Source of the DNA: Protoeuglena noctilucae
Lineage: Eukaryota
Reading direction: 5' to 3'
Assembly: GCA_958009085.1 (NCBI GenBank)
Contig: OY253682.1
Location: forward strand, 1 to 64,000
DNA length: 64,000 bases
Part shown: one piece after another, positions 62,781 through 64,000 of the stretch
Layout of the letters: each line of letters starts with the position of its first letter
Numbering within the stretch: position 1 is the stretch's first letter
Made by a program: the position numbers and the translations under genes
Notes under the pieces: model-generated
Told to the model about the DNA's origin: nothing
The model's database searches: none
What the model saw: only the letters and a program-made list of their open reading frames with translations

Positions 62781-64000
62781 CCAGGGCCGCCTCGAGTCCC
62801 TCCTCAACTTCCAGACCATGGTGGTCGACCTCACCGGCATGCCCATGTGCAACGCGTCGCTCCTCGACGAGGCCACGGGTGAGGATGGGGGGCGGTGGTG
62901 GGGTGACACATCACACTGCAACACCTGCGTTGCGACCGAGGGTGCGCCAGATGCACCACACCTCATTCCCGCTTTCGCTGCGACTGATAGGCTGCCGTGG
63001 TGATCCATCGCCCTCGCTCCCACCCCGCCTTTCCCAGCCGCACCATATCATCGCCCACGCCCCGCCCCGCCCCCGCAGCCTGTGCTGAGGCCATGACCAT
63101 GTGCTCCGCGATCGCGCGCGGCAAGAAGCCCAAGTTCTACATCTCCGAGCTGTGTCACCCCCAGAACATCGCCGTGTGCCAGTCCCGTGCCGATGGGCTG
63201 GGCCTGGAGGTCGTGGTGGGTGATCACCGCAAATTCGACTACAAGGCCCCCGACGTGTGCGGCGTGCTGCTGCAGTACCCGGCGACGAACGGGACGCTCG
63301 AGGACTACAAGGAGGTCGTCAGGTGAGAGGGGAGACGTGCGGGGGGTCGCTATGAGGGGCGTGGCACAAGGGGCGTGGCGTGAGGGTGCCGTGCTGGGAC
63401 TGTTGCGGGACGGCTTGCACAGCGAGAGACGCCCCGGCTTGCTTCGTCTCTCCGCAGGGCTGCGCAGGTCAGCAAGATCAAGGTGTGCGTGGCGACGGAC
63501 ATCCTCTCGCTGGTGCGCCTGGAGCCACCGGCGTCGTGGGGCGCAGACATGGTGGTGGGGTCGACGCAGCGGTTCGGGGTGCCGATGGGGTACGGCGGCC
63601 CGCACGCGGCCTTCTTAGCGACGTCCGAGGAGTACAAGCGCCTGATGCCCGGCCGCATCATTGGCGTCTCCCGGGACGCCGACGGCGACGTGTGCCTGCG
63701 CATGGCGATGCAGACGCGCGAGCAGCACATCCGCCGAGACAAGGCCACGTCCAACATCTGCACGGCGCAGGCGCTGCTGGCCAACGTGGCGGCCATGTAC
63801 GCCGTCTACCACGGCCCGGAGGGGCTGGGGCGCATCGCCGACCGCGTGCATGGCCTTGCGGCGGTGTTTGCGGCGGGGGCGGACAAGATGGGCCACGCGC
63901 CCGTCTCCCGCCACTTCTTCGACACGGTGACGGTGGCGGTGCCGGACGCGGACGCCGTGGTGGCTGCCGGGCACAAGCTGGGGGTGAACCTGCGTCGGCT
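61515..64000 (+). CDS. GLDP: Glycine decarboxylase P-protein, mitochondrial (5' part; runs off the window)
   Basis: [55 protein letters not shown] and [23 protein letters not shown]. Confidence 0.98.

Noticed and set aside
61515..64000. Functional link between GLDP and the BRISC subunits via SHMT
   Set aside because: BRISC binds SHMT2, not the P-protein, and proximity alone is not evidence.

Overview
Left end of a chromosome from a very GC-rich, intron-rich eukaryote. It is a flagellated green alga, judged by BBS9, the algal HydE-HydF fusion, ChlM, MET1, an AP2 factor and a plant-type NAD kinase. A (CCCTAA)n telomere and a subtelomere of only about 0.5 kb are followed by about 23 densely packed multi-exon genes: a giant KH-like unknown, CHLM, an IQ-motif protein, a membrane protein, a P5-type PDI, BBS9, a PAP2 phosphatase, HYDEF, BRE/BRCC45, a 2OG-Fe(II) oxygenase, an RH39-like DEAD-box helicase, a TyrP-type permease, NADK, a Nudix hydrolase, ADK, an AP2 factor, Abraxas, mitochondrial S18, MET1, ProB, a CCCH-Angel nuclease, RPB9 and the 5' part of GLDP. 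Most ORFs in the supplied track are shadow ORFs. Gene models were spliced by hand, so boundaries are approximate. Main findings: (1) HydEF has a mitochondrial-looking N-terminal presequence and a second MPP-like motif in the HydE-HydF linker; (2) several introns contain 'echo' copies of the adjacent splice junction that differ from the used exon mostly at synonymous sites; (3) GC-AG introns (AG|GCRAG) are unusually common; (4) two BRISC/BRCA1-A subunits lie about 19 kb apart; (5) ChlM has a thylakoid-lumen signal and a Pro-rich N-terminal extension.
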